Assembly (NCBI GenBank): GCA_017539215.1
Contig: JAFYHI010000052.1
Span: forward strand, 17,270-81,269
Length of the DNA stretch: 64,000 nucleotides
Direction: 5' to 3'
DNA from: Clostridia bacterium
Lineage (GTDB): Bacteria > Bacillota > Clostridia > Christensenellales > CAG-138
Part shown: positions 18,910-28,638 of the stretch, one piece after another
Position numbering within the stretch: position 1 is the first letter of the stretch
How the letters are laid out: every line of letters starts with the position of its first letter
The notes under the pieces: model-generated
The model's input: only the letters and a program-made list of their open reading frames with translations
What the model was told of the DNA's origin: nothing
Databases searched by the model: none
Translations under genes and position numbers: made by a program

Positions 18910-19944
18910 ATGAAGAAGATTCTTTTAGTTGTATTGGTTGTGATTACTATACTTTCCACATGTTCTCTATCTCATGCAGAGACTGAATCGACCCCTATTT
19001 CAATAAACCGGCTGTTTTCAAACTATGGGGAATCTTATACGATAGCCCAAAAGCTTCGTTATAGAATGAATTGCTATGGTTATGCTCTTCAAGTTTTAAC
19101 AGGTTCCTCATTGAATCCATATAAACAGCAGCCGGGGGAGTTTGCTGATGATGGAGAAACTTTCGCGACGCTTGTATCTGAGCTTGATCAATACCTAGAC
19201 AGCAATACTTATACGGGCTCCACTTCTTTGCTGATGTTTACTAGAAAAATAATGAGCGATTTTGAAACGCTTTCTTCAACATATGGTTCCGAATGGACAA
19301 TTCAAGGCACAACAGCGAACGCTAGCGTACCAAGCGGATACAGAAAAATCGCTTTAACGATTGGGTTAGATTTTGATTTCCACTTTTATATGCGCCACAG
19401 CGACGGAACATGGTCGCATAAGATGGGAGCGAACTTGCCCACAAACAAATCGATTAATTCTGATGTTAACATTAACGACAGTAATATCGCTTCGGTTATT
19501 TCCGAAGGCGGATATGATGACGGCGCGGTTTATTTTCTCGTAAAAAAATCGGCTATCACAGACTATGCTCATCAAAATGGTCATGCATCCACCTGTGTAA
19601 AGACGGTTGCTTCTTTCAAAGATAGAGCGGGAGATATCATAAAGAAAGCAAAAAAAATAACTGGTAGTTCGAGGACGGCACGTTTTGATTATGAAGGTGA
19701 TGTTGATTACTTCTATTTCACACCAACTACTTCTGGAAACTACACGTTCACAACTTCTTTATCATCTTCGGCATATGATGCTAACATGGTGATATATGAT
19801 ACTTATGGCAACCTGATTGCAATAGATACTTCTGTAGGTAATCCAAGTATTACTATTGCATTAACAGCAGATAATAGGTATTTTGTTAAGGTATATGAAC
19901 AAGGGCAATCCGTTGTATCATATACTCTGTATTACTCACATTAA
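18910..19944 (+). CDS. secreted protein: N-terminal putative Cys-His (papain-like) hydrolase domain plus C-terminal pre-peptidase C-terminal (PPC) domain
   Basis: Start at ATG 18910 (MKKILLVVLVVITILSTCSLSHA, a signal peptide) with SD AGAGAGG. The candidate catalytic motifs RMNCYGYAL and DFHFYMRHSDGTWSHKMG are my inference. The C-terminal 90 aa (ARFDYEGDVDYFYFTPTTSGNYTFTT...YFVKVYE) look like a PPC domain. GC is about 37% in lines I counted, against well over 60% in flanking genes. Confidence 0.6.
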   Translation: MKKILLVVLVVITILSTCSLSHAETESTPISINRLFSNYGESYTIAQKLRYRMNCYGYALQVLTGSSLNPYKQQPGEFADDGETFATLVSELDQYLDSNTYTGSTSLLMFTRKIMSDFETLSSTYGSEWTIQGTTANASVPSGYRKIALTIGLDFDFHFYMRHSDGTWSHKMGANLPTNKSINSDVNINDSNIASVISEGGYDDGAVYFLVKKSAITDYAHQNGHASTCVKTVASFKDRAGDIIKKAKKITGSSRTARFDYEGDVDYFYFTPTTSGNYTFTTSLSSSAYDANMVIYDTYGNLIAIDTSVGNPSITIALTADNRYFVKVYEQGQSVVSYTLYYSH

Positions 19945-19963
19945 GCATAAGGAGGATTAAAAA

Positions 19964-20575
19964 ATGAAATCGAAAAAGATCGTCATCATCATTGTATCCC
20001 TTGCCGTTCTGCTCATTATCGGCGGCATCGTATATGCCGCAGGCATGGGTAAGCGGCTGACGAATATCTTCGTTCCCGCCGATGAGGCAGATGAATTCGA
20101 GGCGGAATTCTCCGGCTATGGCACTCAGCCGGAGCGGACTCTCGATCCCTATACCGAAATGACCACCTCCGATAAATTCAAAGCCATCGCCACGGAGGAG
20201 CAGAAGGAGCAGCTCCGGCAGACGAAGCGTTACGATTTCCTCGGTACAGTCGATCAGTATGAAAAGCGCATGCTCCAGATACTCGGCGAGATCCCGGAGG
20301 ATACCCCTTACCTTACCCGTGAAAAGGCGGTCGAGATACTTGCGGGTATCGATCCCTCGTCGTTCCCCACAGTCGACGAATTCGAATCCGCCGTCATCGC
20401 GGCTTTCAACGAATCTGCGGTCGCTCCGGAATTTGACGGAGGCAGCGGTTTCCATATCGTGGTGTATTTCACCGATGCGGAGCCGACGGGCTATATCAGG
20501 ATCCGTGCGGGCGTAGTGGATTATCACTCCCTTGCGGATGGTACCGTCGAAGTTCTTTCAAGCATCTTTCAATAA
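19964..20575 (+). CDS. membrane-anchored hypothetical protein (N-terminal TM helix, acidic extracytoplasmic domain)
   Basis: 203 aa. MKSKKIVIIIVSLAVLLIIGGIVYAAG anchor, SD AAGGAGGA, 19 nt after the preceding gene. No motif I recognise. Confidence 0.6.
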   Translation: MKSKKIVIIIVSLAVLLIIGGIVYAAGMGKRLTNIFVPADEADEFEAEFSGYGTQPERTLDPYTEMTTSDKFKAIATEEQKEQLRQTKRYDFLGTVDQYEKRMLQILGEIPEDTPYLTREKAVEILAGIDPSSFPTVDEFESAVIAAFNESAVAPEFDGGSGFHIVVYFTDAEPTGYIRIRAGVVDYHSLADGTVEVLSSIFQ

Positions 20576-20589
20576 TGACCGAGTCCCCT

Positions 20590-20612
20590 GAGGCGCTCTG
20601 CGCCTCTTTTTT
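20590..20612 (+). terminator. rho-independent terminator
   Basis: Stem gaggcgc / gcgcctc, loop tct, then TTTTTT. Confidence 0.75.
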
Positions 20613-20685
20613 ATTTGTGCGCGGGTTCACTGCCCTTGCCCGGAGTATCGTCTTCTTTTTGCCGCCCGCACCTTCCTTTCGGGGC

Positions 20686-20714
20686 TTGCAAACGGAGCAT
20701 TTATGGCCTATAAT
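20686..20714 (+). promoter_or_regulatory. predicted SigA promoter of glpK
   Basis: TTGCAA (20686-20691), 17 nt, TATAAT (20709-20714). Confidence 0.6.
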
Positions 20715-20740
20715 ATAGTATTATTGGGAGGTATATGCCA

Positions 20741-22243
20741 ATGGAAAAATATGTTCTTTCGCTCGATCAGGGCACCACAAGCTCACGGGCGATCCTATTT
20801 GACAGATCGGGAGGCATTCACGGCACCGCACAGCTTGAATTCAAACAGTATTACCCCCACGACGGCTGGGTGGAGCATGACCCCATGGAGATACTCCGCA
20901 GCCAAAAGCTGGCCATTACCGCCGCGATGGAGCACGGCGGCATAACCGCCGAAAGCATAGCCGCCATCGGAATCACCAATCAGCGCGAAACCACCGTCGT
21001 TTGGGAAAAGGCCACGGGCCGCCCCGTTTACAACGCCATAGTGTGGCAGTGCAGGCGCACCGCGGACATCTGCGAAAAGCTCATTTCCGACGGCCTCTCC
21101 GACTATGTGACCGAGCATACCGGCCTGCTCATCGACGCCTATTTCTCCGCGACCAAGATAAAGTGGATACTCGACAACGTCGAGGGCGCAAGGCAAAAGG
21201 CCGAGGCGGGCGAGCTGCTCTTCGGCACGATAGATACCTGGCTTATCTGGTGGCTCACGGGCGGCCGTGTCCACGCCACGGATTACTCCAACGCCTCGCG
21301 CACGATGCTCTTTGACATAGACAGGCTCGTGTGGGACGAACGCATCATGAACGCGCTCGACATACCCGCCTCCATGCTGCCCGTCGCGCTGCCCTCGTCG
21401 GGCGATTTCGGCCGCGTCGCGCCGGGCATCACCGGGCTCGAGTCCCTTGCCGGCATCCCCATTTCGGGCGTTGCGGGCGATCAGCAGGCCGCGCTGTTCG
21501 GACAGGCCTGCTTCTCAAAGGGTCAGGCCAAAAACACCTACGGCACGGGCTGCTTCCTTATGATGAACACGGGCGAAAAGTCCATGCGCAGCCGTAACGG
21601 CCTCGTTTCCACCATTGCGTGGGGGCTTGACGGCAGGGTCGAGTATGCGCTTGAGGGCTCCGTTTTCAACGGCGGCAGCGTTATAAAATGGCTGCGCGAC
21701 GGGCTGGGGCTTATAAAGTCCGCGCCCGAGGTAAACATACTTGCCGAGTCCGTACCCGACTCCGGCGGAGTGCTGCTTGTGCCCGCGTTCACGGGGCTTG
21801 GCGCGCCCTACTGGGATATGTACGCCCGCGGCACCATGGTGGGCATCACCCGCGGCACCACCTCCGCGCACATTGCGCGGGCCGTGCTCGACTCCATAGC
21901 CTATCAGGTGACAGACCTTATAAAGGCCATGGAGGACGACGTGGGCTTCAGGATGAAGGGCCTGCGCGTGGACGGCGGCGCTTCGGTGTCGAACATACTT
22001 ATGCAGACCCAGGCCGATATGCTGGGAGTCGAGATAGACCGTCCGCAGGTTGTGGAGACCACCGCGCTGGGCGCGGCGTACCTCGCGGGGCTTTACGTCG
22101 GCTTCTGGCGCGACCTTGACGATATAGAGATGAACCGCAAGGTCGAGCGCATCTTCACTCCGCAGATCGCCGAGGACGAACGCGCCCGCAGGTATTCCGA
22201 GTGGCAGCGCGCCGTGGCGCGTTCGAGGAACTGGGCAAACTGA
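20741..22243 (+). CDS. glpK: glycerol kinase
   Basis: [21 protein letters not shown] ... and full-length similarity to FGGY glycerol kinases. ATG 20741 is preferred over 20735 because of spacing from SD GGGAGG. Confidence 0.95.
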   Translation: MEKYVLSLDQGTTSSRAILFDRSGGIHGTAQLEFKQYYPHDGWVEHDPMEILRSQKLAITAAMEHGGITAESIAAIGITNQRETTVVWEKATGRPVYNAIVWQCRRTADICEKLISDGLSDYVTEHTGLLIDAYFSATKIKWILDNVEGARQKAEAGELLFGTIDTWLIWWLTGGRVHATDYSNASRTMLFDIDRLVWDERIMNALDIPASMLPVALPSSGDFGRVAPGITGLESLAGIPISGVAGDQQAALFGQACFSKGQAKNTYGTGCFLMMNTGEKSMRSRNGLVSTIAWGLDGRVEYALEGSVFNGGSVIKWLRDGLGLIKSAPEVNILAESVPDSGGVLLVPAFTGLGAPYWDMYARGTMVGITRGTTSAHIARAVLDSIAYQVTDLIKAMEDDVGFRMKGLRVDGGASVSNILMQTQADMLGVEIDRPQVVETTALGAAYLAGLYVGFWRDLDDIEMNRKVERIFTPQIAEDERARRYSEWQRAVARSRNWAN

Positions 22244-22602
22244 TAAAGTACAAGCAGCTTAATGGCGTAAGCATAGCGAGCTGAGCGAGCCGCAACGCGC
22301 ACGGACGCCGTGTACGAAAAATGCATGCAAATTTTGAGGAGGCGTGCGCCGCGCCACGTGGAGCGTTAAGGAAGGGCCACGGTGTGGCGCTTCCAGCGGA
22401 ATGCCGAGCAGCTATGCTGCGAAGGGTTAGGCGCGGAACTCGTCAACGCAAGCTCGTCGAACCGCTCCTGCGAGACATATCCGAGCCGGTCGGATTGGAG
22501 CGGGGATATCCGCAATAGCTTGCCAAAGACATTCCGGGCTCATAGATGCATCGCTGTAACATGTGAAAAATCATTAAAGATATTCAGAAAGGAACTATAA
22601 AC

Positions 22603-23712
22603 ATGGAAACCAGACCTTATGTAAAATGGGAACTTATCGGCGACTTCATGCGCGCGGCCTTCAAGGCCTGCGGCGTGCCCGAGGATGACGCGGCCATCTG
22701 CGCCGACGTGCTTATGGAAAGCGACCGCCGCGGCATCGAAAGCCACGGCTGCAACCGCTTCAAGCCCATCTATATCGACCGCATACGCGCGGGTATTTTG
22801 AACCCCGTAACCAATATCGAGGTCCTCCGCGAGACCCCCACCACCATGGTCACCGACGCGCACGACGGCATGGGCATGGTCGCATCCCATCATATGATGG
22901 AAAAGCTCATTGAAAAGGCAAAGACTTACGGCCTTGCGATGGGCGCAATCCGCAACTCCTCCCATTACGGCATCGCCGGCTACTGGACGACCATGGCGAC
23001 GAAGGAGGGCATGATCGGCATGACGGGCACCAACGCGCGCCCCTCCATCGCGCCCACCTTCGGCGTTGAGAATATGCTCGGCACGAACCCCTTGACCATC
23101 GCTCTGCCCACCGACGAGGAGTTCCCCTTCGTCATCGACTGCGCCACCTCCATCACCCAGCGCGGCAAGATAGAGTATTTTGCCAGGAACGGCAAGCCCA
23201 CCCCCGCCGGCATGGTAATAGGCAAGAACGGCGAGGCTCTGACCGACAGCAAGCAGATACTCGTCGATCTTACAAAGGGCAATGCGGCGCTTGCGCCCCT
23301 GGGCGGCATTAACGATGACCTCGCGGGCTATAAGGGCTACGGCTACGCCACCGTGGTGGAGGTGCTCTCCGCGGCGCTCCAGGCCGGCAGCTATATGAAG
23401 ATGCTCACCGGCGTCGACGAAAACGGCAATAAGCGCCCCTATCATCTGGGACATTGGTTCCTTGTGGTCGATCCCGACGCCTTCATGGGGCAGGAGACCT
23501 TCAAAAAGATCTGCGGCAACATACTGCGCGAGCTGCGCGCCAGCGAAAAGGCTCCCGGCCGCGACCGCATCTACACCGCAGGCGAAAAGGAGTACCTGTC
23601 CTGGCTCGACCGCAAGGACAAGGGCGTGCCCGTGGGCGAGGGCGTACAGAAGGACCTCACCACCGTGCGCGACTGGTACGAGCTGCCCTATAAATTCGAC
23701 TTCGAAAACTAA
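22603..23712 (+). CDS. Ldh_2 family (malate/L-lactate/sulfolactate-type) NAD(P)-dependent oxidoreductase
   Basis: 369 aa. Motifs ESDRRGIESHG, NSSHYGIAGYW and GGxxxxAGYKGYG are typical of the Ldh_2 family. SD AAAGGA. Confidence 0.8.
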   Translation: METRPYVKWELIGDFMRAAFKACGVPEDDAAICADVLMESDRRGIESHGCNRFKPIYIDRIRAGILNPVTNIEVLRETPTTMVTDAHDGMGMVASHHMMEKLIEKAKTYGLAMGAIRNSSHYGIAGYWTTMATKEGMIGMTGTNARPSIAPTFGVENMLGTNPLTIALPTDEEFPFVIDCATSITQRGKIEYFARNGKPTPAGMVIGKNGEALTDSKQILVDLTKGNAALAPLGGINDDLAGYKGYGYATVVEVLSAALQAGSYMKMLTGVDENGNKRPYHLGHWFLVVDPDAFMGQETFKKICGNILRELRASEKAPGRDRIYTAGEKEYLSWLDRKDKGVPVGEGVQKDLTTVRDWYELPYKFDFEN

Positions 23713-23730
23713 ACCGAAAGGAAGCATACC

Positions 23731-24906
23731 ATGGATTACGCAAAAGAGTCTCTTCGCCTGCACGGCGAATGGAAGGGCAAGATAGAGGTCAACGCGACCG
23801 TTCCAGTTAAGACCAAGGAGGACCTCTCTTTGGCATACACCCCCGGCGTTGCTCAGCCCTGTCTTGAGATACAGAAGGACGTTGAAAAGAGCTATGAGCT
23901 GACCCGCCGTCACAACCTGTGCCTCGTCGTCACAGACGGCACCGCGGTGCTGGGCCTGGGCGACATCGGCCCCGAGGCCGGCATGCCCGTTATGGAGGGC
24001 AAATGCGTGCTGTTCAAGGCGTTCGGCGGCGTTGACGCCTTCCCCCTGTGCATAAAGAGCAAGGACGTCGACGAGATAGTCAACACCATATACCTCATCT
24101 CCGGCAGCTTCGGCGGAGTCAATCTGGAGGACATCGCCGCTCCCCGCTGCTTTGAGATAGAGAAAAAGCTGAAGGAAAAATGCGATATCCCCATATTCCA
24201 CGACGATCAGCACGGTACTGCCGTCATAACCCTTGCGGGCCTTATGAACGCCGCAAAGGTCGTGGGCAAGAGCTTTGATTCGCTGAAGGTCGTCATAAAC
24301 GGCGCGGGCGCGGCGTCCATCGCCATCTGCCGCCTGCTGCTGTCCTCGGGCATTAAGGATATCACCCTGTGCGACCGCACCGGCATCATTTACGAGGGCC
24401 GCGAAAAGGGCATGAACTCCATCAAAGAGGAAATGGCAAAGGTCACGAACCGCTCCATGAAGCAGGGCGGCCTTGCCGACGCTCTTGTCGGCGCCGACGT
24501 GTTCATAGGCGTTTCCGCCCCCAACACGGTTTCGGTCGATATGGTCAGGTCCATGGCAAAGGACGCCATAGTCTTTGCCTGCGCCAACCCCACCCCCGAG
24601 ATATTCCCCGATGACGCAAAGGCCGGCGGCGCGCGCGTTATCGCAACGGGCCGCAGCGACTATCCCAACCAGATAAACAACGTGCTTGCGTTCCCCGGCA
24701 TTTTCCGCGGCACGTTCGACGTACGCGCCTCCGACATAAACGACGAGATGAAGATCGCCGCCGCCAACGCGCTTGCGTCCCTCATCTCCGACGAGGAGCT
24801 CTCCGCCGACTACATAATCCCCAAGGCGTTCGACCCCAGGGTGGGCAAGGCCGTTGCAAAGGCCGTTGCCGAGGCCGCAAGGAAGAGCGGCGTCGCAAGG
24901 CTGTAA
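23731..24906 (+). CDS. NAD(P)-dependent malic enzyme (short, MaeB N-terminal type)
   Basis: LRLHGEWKGKIEV...LSLAYTPGVAQPC..., FHDDQHGTA, and the Rossmann motif INGAGAA. 391 aa. Confidence 0.9.
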   Translation: MDYAKESLRLHGEWKGKIEVNATVPVKTKEDLSLAYTPGVAQPCLEIQKDVEKSYELTRRHNLCLVVTDGTAVLGLGDIGPEAGMPVMEGKCVLFKAFGGVDAFPLCIKSKDVDEIVNTIYLISGSFGGVNLEDIAAPRCFEIEKKLKEKCDIPIFHDDQHGTAVITLAGLMNAAKVVGKSFDSLKVVINGAGAASIAICRLLLSSGIKDITLCDRTGIIYEGREKGMNSIKEEMAKVTNRSMKQGGLADALVGADVFIGVSAPNTVSVDMVRSMAKDAIVFACANPTPEIFPDDAKAGGARVIATGRSDYPNQINNVLAFPGIFRGTFDVRASDINDEMKIAAANALASLISDEELSADYIIPKAFDPRVGKAVAKAVAEAARKSGVARL

Positions 24907-24933
24907 GCCGGTTTGGGCGAATGTATGGAGCGC

Positions 24934-24967
24934 GGTTTGTTAGCGTAAACTAACCAACCTATATTTT
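24934..24967 (+). terminator. probable rho-independent terminator after the malic enzyme gene
   Basis: Stem ggtttgttag / ctaaccaacc (one mismatch), loop cgtaaa, then TATATTTT. Confidence 0.45.
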
Positions 24968-24987
24968 CCATACGCCGTCTGTGGGTG

Positions 24988-25025
24988 TTGACAATACGCG
25001 CCGAGTGTATTAATATTATTAATAC
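24988..25025 (+). promoter_or_regulatory. predicted SigA promoter overlapped by a perfect 9-1-9 inverted repeat (candidate operator)
   Basis: TTGACA (24988-24993), 17 nt, TAATAT (25011-25016). The inverted repeat GTATTAATA-T-TATTAATAC spans 25007-25025. Confidence 0.55.
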
Positions 25026-25112
25026 GGTAACGCAGCAGCGTGCCGTGACAGCAGGCATGCCCGCATGGCCCCCCCAAGGCGGGCTGCCCGTTACTGTCGG
25101 AAAGGAATTTGT

Positions 25113-26393
25113 GTGGGTACGCTTAAACTGATAAACTTTATCATCTCGGTGGTGTTCACCGTCTGTTATCTGTATCAGTTTTTGTACGTCCCGCTTCAGT
25201 GGATACTGGCGGCAAGACAAAAGCGCAAAGCCGCGGGCATTGTCCCAAAGCCCCTTGAGGAGCTGGAGGGCAGCTATGCGGTGCTTATCTGCGCCCGCAA
25301 TGAAGAGCGCGTGATAGGCGACCTCATCGGCTGCATCAACAGGCAGACGTATAAGGACCTCAGCGTGTTTGTGCTTGCCGACAACTGCACCGACCGTACC
25401 GCCGAGATATGCCGCGGGCTGGGCGCCCGCGTGTACGAACGCAGCGACGATAAGAACGTGGGCAAGGGTTATGCGATGGACGCTCTATTAAAGAGCATTC
25501 GCCGCGACAACCCACGCGGCTTCGACGGCTACTTCGTGTTTGACGCCGACAATATGCTTCCCCCCGATTATGTCGAAAAGGTCATTCGCAAGGTGGGGGA
25601 GGGGTACGACATACTAACGAGCTACCGCAACAGCAAAAACTACGGCGATAACTGGATAAGCTCCGGCTACGCGCTGTGGTTCCTGCGCGAGAGCAGGTAC
25701 TTAAACCACGCAAGGAGCCTTCTGGGGACAAGCTGCGCGGTATCCGGCACGGGCTTCTTCTTTACCCGCAAGGTGGAGGAGGAGATCGGCGGATGGCCGT
25801 ATTTCACCCTTACCGAGGATATAGAGTTTTCCATAGAGCGCATAACGCGCGGCTATAAGATAGGCATCTGCACGGACGCGGAGGTCTTTGACGAGCAGCC
25901 CGTCAGGTTCCGCCAGAGCTGGCGTCAGCGCATGCGCTGGACAAAGGGGTATCTGCAGGTGCTGCACCGCTACGGCGGCAGGCTGCTGCGCGGCATATTC
26001 AGCGGCAGCTTCTCCTGTTTCGATATGACCATGAACATTATGCCCGCCTTCTTCCTGTCGGCGGCGTCGGTAATATCAAACGTGGTGTTCGGCATAATAG
26101 GCCTTGCGCAGGGCGGCAGCATTGTGGAGGGGCTGCTTTCCATAGGCCAGTTCTTCCTTAATATGTACCTCATACTCTTCGGCATCGGCGTCGTCACCGT
26201 TGCCACGGAGTGGAAGCACATAAGGACGAGCCCGTTCAAAAAGGTGCTGTCTGCGTTCACGTTCCCGCTGTTTATGTTCACCTATATACCCATTGCGCTT
26301 TCGTCCGTGTTTGCCAAGCCCGAATGGAAGCCCATCGAGCATTCCGTGTCCGCCGATGACATAAGCGCAAGGGTAGAAGCGGAAAGGCTGTAA
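25113..26393 (+). CDS. membrane-embedded processive family-2 glycosyltransferase (QxxRW type; polysaccharide synthase-like)
   Basis: GT2 core (VLICARNEE, DNCTD, FDADN, TEDIEFS) and RQSWRQRMRWTKG (Q-x-x-RW), flanked by TM helices. Start proposed at GTG 25113 with SD GGAAAGGA. ORF-track start is 25065. Confidence 0.75.
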   Translation: MGTLKLINFIISVVFTVCYLYQFLYVPLQWILAARQKRKAAGIVPKPLEELEGSYAVLICARNEERVIGDLIGCINRQTYKDLSVFVLADNCTDRTAEICRGLGARVYERSDDKNVGKGYAMDALLKSIRRDNPRGFDGYFVFDADNMLPPDYVEKVIRKVGEGYDILTSYRNSKNYGDNWISSGYALWFLRESRYLNHARSLLGTSCAVSGTGFFFTRKVEEEIGGWPYFTLTEDIEFSIERITRGYKIGICTDAEVFDEQPVRFRQSWRQRMRWTKGYLQVLHRYGGRLLRGIFSGSFSCFDMTMNIMPAFFLSAASVISNVVFGIIGLAQGGSIVEGLLSIGQFFLNMYLILFGIGVVTVATEWKHIRTSPFKKVLSAFTFPLFMFTYIPIALSSVFAKPEWKPIEHSVSADDISARVEAERL

Positions 26394-26410
26394 CGCTCCG
26401 CAGCCGGTTC

Positions 26411-26434
26411 CAGCCCGCATGGGCTGCCCTTTTT
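26411..26434 (+). terminator. rho-independent terminator
   Basis: Stem cagccc / gggctg, loop gcat, then CCCTTTTT. Confidence 0.6.
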
Positions 26435-26474
26435 GCACGGGAGCCAAAGCCGATCCGCGGTTTTCACCGTATAT

Positions 26475-26497
26475 AAGGCCCGTTCGGGGCCTTTTTT
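26475..26497 (+). terminator. second rho-independent terminator in tandem
   Basis: Stem aaggccc / gggcctt, loop gttcg, then TTTTTT. Confidence 0.6.
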
Positions 26498-26513
26498 ATA
26501 TAACCTCAGCACC

Positions 26514-26542
26514 TTGAATTGTGCCGCTTTTTATAGTATAAT
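26514..26542 (+). promoter_or_regulatory. predicted SigA promoter of tkt
   Basis: TTGAAT (26514-26519), 17 nt, TATAAT (26537-26542). Confidence 0.6.
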
Positions 26543-26600
26543 CAAAATGGATTCTAATGCGGGCGGCTTTGGCCGCACTAAATAATCGGAGGGTAAGTTA

Positions 26601-28574
26601 ATGGAAAAGACAGATAGAAGCGCTATCACTTCTATAAGGATGCTTGTGGTGGACGCTATCCAAAAGGCAAAGAGCGGACATCCCGGCCTTGCGATAGGCT
26701 CCGCGCCCATGGCGTACACGCTGTGGAAGGGCATGAGGCACGATCCTTCCTCTCCCGAATGGATAGGCCGCGACCGCTTTGTATTAAGCGCGGGCCACGC
26801 ATCCATGCTGCTCTATTCGCTTATGCACATATTCGGCTATCCTGTCTCCATCGATGACATCAAGCAGTTCCGGCAGCTCGGCGCAAAGACGGCGGGCCAT
26901 CCCGAGTACGGCAATATCCCGGGCATCGAGGCGACGACAGGCCCCCTGGGTCAGGGCTTTGCAATGGCGGTCGGCATGGCTATGGCGGAGCGTCACATGG
27001 CGGCCCGCTTCAACCGCGACGGGTACGAGATAATCAACAACCGCACCTACACCCTCATGGGCGACGGCTGCATGATGGAGGGCGTTGCGTCCGAGGCCGC
27101 GTCGCTTGCGGGCACTCTGGGGCTCGGCAGGCTCATCGCGCTTTACGACTCCAACCGCATCACCATAGAGGGATCCACGGACCTTGCCTTTACAGAGAAC
27201 GTGCGCGCCCGCTTCGAGGCGTACGGCTGGCAGGTGCTGGAGGTGCCCCACGGCGAGGATACCGATGCGATAGAGGCCGCCCTTGATGAGGCGCGTGCCG
27301 AGCTTGACCGCCCGTCCCTCATAATCGTTCAGACCAACATCGCCGAGGGCACCCCCAAGCAGGGCTCCGCGTCCTCTCACGGCTCTCCCCTCGGCGAGGA
27401 GAACATCGCCGCTTACAAGCAGTCCCTCGGCTGGGACTATCCCGAGTTCACCGTGCCGGAGGAGGTCTATGCCGCCATGAGCAAGCTGCGCGAGGGGTAT
27501 TCCGCGCTTCACGCCGAGCATGACGCGCTTATGCAGGGCTACAGGGCCGCATATCCCGAGCTTTACGATGAGCTTATGGCTTGGCAGAGGGGCGACCTGC
27601 CCGTGGATATCCACGATCCCGCCCTGTGGGAGTTCGACGGCGAGGCCAAGCTTGCCACCAGGAAATGCTCCGAGATAATGCTCACGCGCCTGACCGAGCG
27701 AGTTCCCAACCTCATAGGCGGTTCGGCGGACCTCGGCCCCTCCAACCTGACCTATATGAAGGCCTTCGGCGATTTTTCGGATTCCAACTATTCCGGACGC
27801 AATTTCCGCTTTGGCATACGCGAGTTCGCAATGGCCGCCATCGCAAACGGCATGGCGCTGTACGGCGGCCTGCGCCCCTACTGCGCGACGTTCCTCGTGT
27901 TCGTCGACTATATGAAGCCCGCTCTGCGCCTTTCAGCGCTTATGGGCCTCAACGTCATTTACGTCTTGACGCACGATTCCATCGGCGTCGGCGAGGACGG
28001 CCCCACCCATCAGCCCATAGAACAGCTCGATATGCTCAGGGCCACCCCCAACACCTACGTTTTCCGTCCCGCCGACGGCCGTGAGACCGCGGCGAGCTAC
28101 CTTGCCGCCATGCAGCTCCATGCGCCCGCTGTGCTTGCGCTTTCGCGTCAGGGCCTTCCCCAGATCGAGGGCACGGGCGAGGCGGCCATGCGCGGCGGCT
28201 ATATCCTGCGCGACTGCGAGGGCGAGCCCCTCGTCATACTCATCGCCACCGGCTCCGAGGTGGAGCTTGCGGTAAAGGCGGCGGAGAACATGGCCCGCGA
28301 CCGCATCCGCGTGCGCGTGGTCTCCATGCCCTGCATGGAGCTTTTCGACGAGCAGCCCGAGGAATACCGCGAGTCCGTGCTGCCTCAGCATATCCGCCGC
28401 AGGGTCGGCGTTGAGGCGCTCGGCGGCATGAGCTTCTATAAGTACATAGGGCTCGACGGCAGGCTCGTTTCGATGAAGGGCTTCGGCGCGTCCGCGCCCG
28501 GCGGCAAACTGTTCGAGCATTTCGGCATAACCTCCGAGGCGGTCGAGTCCGCCGCAAGGTCAATGATAGAGTGA
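26601..28574 (+). CDS. tkt: transketolase
   Basis: 657 aa. SGHPG, the GDGCMMEG ThDP motif and GEDGPTHQP. Confidence 0.95.
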   Translation: MEKTDRSAITSIRMLVVDAIQKAKSGHPGLAIGSAPMAYTLWKGMRHDPSSPEWIGRDRFVLSAGHASMLLYSLMHIFGYPVSIDDIKQFRQLGAKTAGHPEYGNIPGIEATTGPLGQGFAMAVGMAMAERHMAARFNRDGYEIINNRTYTLMGDGCMMEGVASEAASLAGTLGLGRLIALYDSNRITIEGSTDLAFTENVRARFEAYGWQVLEVPHGEDTDAIEAALDEARAELDRPSLIIVQTNIAEGTPKQGSASSHGSPLGEENIAAYKQSLGWDYPEFTVPEEVYAAMSKLREGYSALHAEHDALMQGYRAAYPELYDELMAWQRGDLPVDIHDPALWEFDGEAKLATRKCSEIMLTRLTERVPNLIGGSADLGPSNLTYMKAFGDFSDSNYSGRNFRFGIREFAMAAIANGMALYGGLRPYCATFLVFVDYMKPALRLSALMGLNVIYVLTHDSIGVGEDGPTHQPIEQLDMLRATPNTYVFRPADGRETAASYLAAMQLHAPAVLALSRQGLPQIEGTGEAAMRGGYILRDCEGEPLVILIATGSEVELAVKAAENMARDRIRVRVVSMPCMELFDEQPEEYRESVLPQHIRRRVGVEALGGMSFYKYIGLDGRLVSMKGFGASAPGGKLFEHFGITSEAVESAARSMIE

Positions 28575-28638
28575 TCTTCAACTGCCGTGCCGCGCTTTTG
28601 CGGCACGGCTCCATACCACCCCACGAACGGAGTAAAAA

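Noticed and set aside
22321-22600. Small ORFs of 65 and 72 aa in the glpK-Ldh_2 intergenic region
   Set aside because: Their translations are Arg/Ala/Cys-rich. The GAGGAGG they carry lies downstream of the ATG rather than upstream as an SD would. They overlap each other in different frames. The region is treated as noncoding.
22540-24213. 557-aa ORF on the minus strand spanning the Ldh_2 and malic-enzyme genes
   Set aside because: It is antisense to two well-supported genes with clear family motifs. Its translation is Ala/Gly/His/Val-rich low-complexity sequence typical of the antisense frame of GC-rich genes. It has no SD or promoter.
25026-25112. Possible c-di-GMP or other riboswitch in the 5' UTR of the processive GT2 gene
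   Set aside because: I looked for GEMM-I/II-like conserved blocks (GCAAA / ACGCAAAGC, ACCCGCC...GGTAGG) and found none. There is only generic GC-rich pairing (gcccgc...gcgggc). Only cmscan could settle this.
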